Source: Octopus sinensis (lineage: Eukaryota). From it: DNA of 64,000 nucleotides. The notes under the pieces were generated by a model. The model had not been told where the DNA came from. It was given only the letters and a program-made list of their open reading frames with translations, and did not search any database. Below, one piece after another: positions 60,794 to 64,000 of this stretch (the first letter of the stretch is position 1; every line of letters begins with the position of its first letter). The stretch spans positions 23,002,001 through 23,066,000 of the forward strand of contig NC_043006.1 of NCBI RefSeq assembly GCF_006345805.1. The letters are read 5' to 3'. The position numbers and the translations under genes are program-made.

Positions 60794-61497
60794 GTACTGA
60801 AAGACTCTAAATTGATTTATTTCAGTATAACCAAATTGTTGATGTACCAGCTTCTTCACTGCGGATGTTTTAGCAGCCAATAATTAATACTGAAATAAAT
60901 CTATCAATTGATTTCCACAGCTGTATATAGTTTCTCTCCTCCATTTCATTTCATTATATCAGGTCTATTATATTTGCATTTTATTGAAGTTTTCAGAGGG
61001 ACATTCCGCTAGTACTCTTTGATATTTTAAGTGATTTTGGTCTCTACCACACTAAAGGTTCTTATGTCTTAGGCCTCAGGATTATCCTTCTAATGACTCT
61101 CATAGTACGGTGTCATGGTCACAACATCATTACTAGATAACAGGATGAATTTTCGGCGTAACTGCTTATGATTTAGATATCTTCAGTGTCAACTCCATAA
61201 AGTCTGCATTAGTTATCACACTCCGATGTTTTTACCGCGTCTCTGTCCATTTTGCGCATCAGGAATTTGGTAACTGTTTCCTGTTACCGAATTGCAAATG
61301 CATACCCTTCAAAGTGAGAGTTGGTGATCCGATTGTTGGTCCACAACAGGCTGCTTTGATTATCAATGTTACCGTCATCTTGGAACTTTCTGTTAACACA
61401 TACTCTTCTGCTAATATGTCCTCGTTCTTTCAGTATGTCTGTCTGTCTGTCTGAATGTATGTTTGTATGTATGTATGTATGTATGTATGTATGTATG

Positions 61498-61534
<37 letters not shown>

Positions 61535-62064
61535 GCGTGCGTGCATGCGTGCGTGCGTGCGTGCATGCATGCATGTATGATTTATGTATGTATGTATGTA
61601 TGTATGTATGTATGTATGTGTGTATGTATGTATGTGTTTTTATATGTATATATATATATATGTCTGTAGATAAGTGTGTGGTGTGTGTATGCGTGTGTGT
61701 ATGTGTGTGAGTGTGAGTGTGTATGTGTGCGTGTGTATGATTTCTATATGTATGCATAGGTATGTATATGGAGGTATGTATGTGCCTTTCGCTGATGGGA
61801 ATGAGTAAAAAAAAATAAAAAGAAACCGAGTTGTTCTCAAAAAAAAAATTACATTAAAAAAATACATAACTTTTTTTTTTTTAGTTTTATAAAGAAACGG
61901 AAATAAACACACGAATTAACACTGAACTTTGCAAAAATTCACACGATTTGAAGATTTTGGCTTCTCCATTAGCATTCTCATTGCTAGATGTTTGTATAAC
62001 AACTTTCACATTAGTACACGAGTACGTTTTTTTGTTTTTACGGTAAAATCGTTCAAAGTTATCT

Positions 62065-62155
<91 letters not shown>

Positions 62156-62719
62156 CTCTACAGGAAGTTTAATATTTTTCTTCATTTTTCTAATACCTAT
62201 TTATTTATTCATTTTATATTGTTTTGCCGGAAGACAAGGCCTTTCGGGGGCTGTGCCCCCAACACACTTTGTAACCGTCTCATTTGCAGTTTCAGTATCA
62301 ACAGCTAAATTTAATTAACTATTTGCCTGCTTGCATCAGGACCTTCTGACACATTAAATTAAGATGGTCGCTTTTCACTCACCGCTATTTTAAAAAAATA
62401 TCGTCCACAACTGACTTTTCTTTTTGTGATTTGTTTGTTTTGTAGGTTTTTTTAACCTCACCTCCCTTTCGGTTTCATTTTAATAGTTTTGTTTGTTGTT
62501 GACTTTGTTGTAATTGTTGTTTTTTTTTGGGGGGGGGGGGTTCTATGTTTAATAACTCTTCTCCTTTCTTTTCCCTCTTTCCTTTCTTTTTCTTCCTATT
62601 ATTCCTTCTTTTCCTTTTCTTTTGGCGTCGTGTTCTTGGCGACTCCGTTTCTTCCAGAAACGTCCTTAACGCTACAATAGTCTCGCTGCACTCCACCACA
62701 CAAACATATGGTCAATTGC

Positions 62720-62767
<48 letters not shown>

Positions 62768-63130
62768 GGTGGTGGTGGTGGCAGTTGTAGTGGTGGTTTT
62801 GGTTGTATTAGTAGTGATGATGGTTACGGTGGTGATAGTAATATAGTAGTAGTAGTGGTGGTGGTGGTGGTAGTGATGTAGTTGTAGTAGTAGTAGTGGT
62901 GGTGATGGTGGTGGTGGTGTGGTGGTGGTGGCAGTTGTAGTGGTGGTTTTGGTTGTATTAGTAGTGATGATGGTTACGGTGGTGATAGTAATATAGTAGT
63001 AGTAGTGGTGGTGGTGGTGGTAGTGATGTAGTTGTAGTAGTAGTAGTGGTGGTGATGGTGGTGGTGGTGGTGGTGGTTGTGGTAGTGGTTGTGGTAGTGA
63101 CATAGAAGTAGTAGTGGCGGTGGTGGTAGT

Positions 63131-63162
<32 letters not shown>

Positions 63163-63171
63163 GGTAGTGAT

Positions 63172-63222
<51 letters not shown>

Positions 63223-63243
63223 ATATAGTAGTAGTAGTAGTAG
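62720..63243. repeat. (GTA)n/(GTG)n trinucleotide array with internal ~126-bp duplication
   Basis: Direct inspection; GGCAGTTGTAGTGGTGGTTTTGGTTGTATTAG occurs twice. Confidence 0.92.
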
Positions 63244-63844
63244 ATCGAGAGGCAAAGTGGCAATAAAAGAGCGACGTCAATGAGGACTACTAAAAACGAT
63301 GATGAAACGACAGCAATGAAGGACAAAGATAACGACGACGACGATGACGGCGATGATGATGATGATGACACGACGACCATGACGACAATGGTGATTATGT
63401 ATGTCAAAATAAAGGGGGAGGGGGGAGGGAAAAACAAAAAAACAAAAGATAAAATACGATGAAAAATGACAAATATAACATAGGAGAATAAATAAATAAA
63501 TAAAGCAAGTGTTGTTGTTGGTGATGATGACGAGGGGAAGGGCAACCCATAATGAGGGTGATGACAGCAATGGCGGGCAAATGTTAGTGATGAAAGGCCA
63601 GTTAGAAATGGTATGGATGATGACAGGGTGGAGGGTAAGTGGTGAATATTGTAATTTTTTTTTTTTTTTGTAGTATGTGGTAGGTTATTCTGGAAATATT
63701 AGAGCGGGGCGGGGGGCGGGGGGATAAGTGGAAAAAGTGGAAAAAGTGAGAAAAGTGATTGAAAATGGTTAGGTCTTTCACATTAAGGACTTCGTAGTGA
63801 TTGTGGGGGTTTTGCGGTAACAAGTTTCCTTAAAGAGGAAATAC

Positions 63845-63855
63845 ATCTATCTGTC

Positions 63856-63934
<79 letters not shown>

Positions 63935-63942
63935 ATCAGTCA

Positions 63943-63989
<47 letters not shown>

Positions 63990-64000
63990 CGTCCGTCCGT
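63845..64000. repeat. (ATCT)n/(AT)n/(GTCT)n microsatellite
   Basis: Direct inspection. Confidence 0.95.

Noticed and set aside
63280-63462. Acidic D-rich ORF
   Set aside because: GAT/GAC trinucleotide low-complexity sequence with no splice or homology support.

Overview
AT-rich, repeat-dense eukaryotic DNA. The SINE families and CA/TA microsatellites suggest a coleoid cephalopod, probably Octopus (inference). One host gene is supported: DPH7/WDR85, the diphthamide-pathway WD40 methylesterase, on the minus strand. Its 7 coding exons (39145->3232) join in phase through GT-AG junctions into a 366-aa protein. Everything else is tRNA-derived SINEs, RTE/CR1/Tx1 LINE remnants, Tc1/mariner relics, hAT, Merlin-like, piggyBac-like and pogo-like MITEs, a Helitron-like element, a 5S rRNA pseudogene and microsatellites. 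Two things stand out. (1) About ten small type I hammerhead-ribozyme motifs from several Penelope-like pLTR-type families, read by hand. They include core variants (G3-C8 swap, A6U, U4C), and most lie on the DPH7 sense strand: in introns 1, 4 and 5 and just downstream of the poly(A) signal. (2) An ~8-kb composite satellite (47.8-55.8 kb) whose two arms are inverted around a GC-rich decamer core punctuated by a repeated double-hairpin motif; all three block types show 10-11-bp periodicity. No database searches or folding computations were run, so family names rest on motif recognition.
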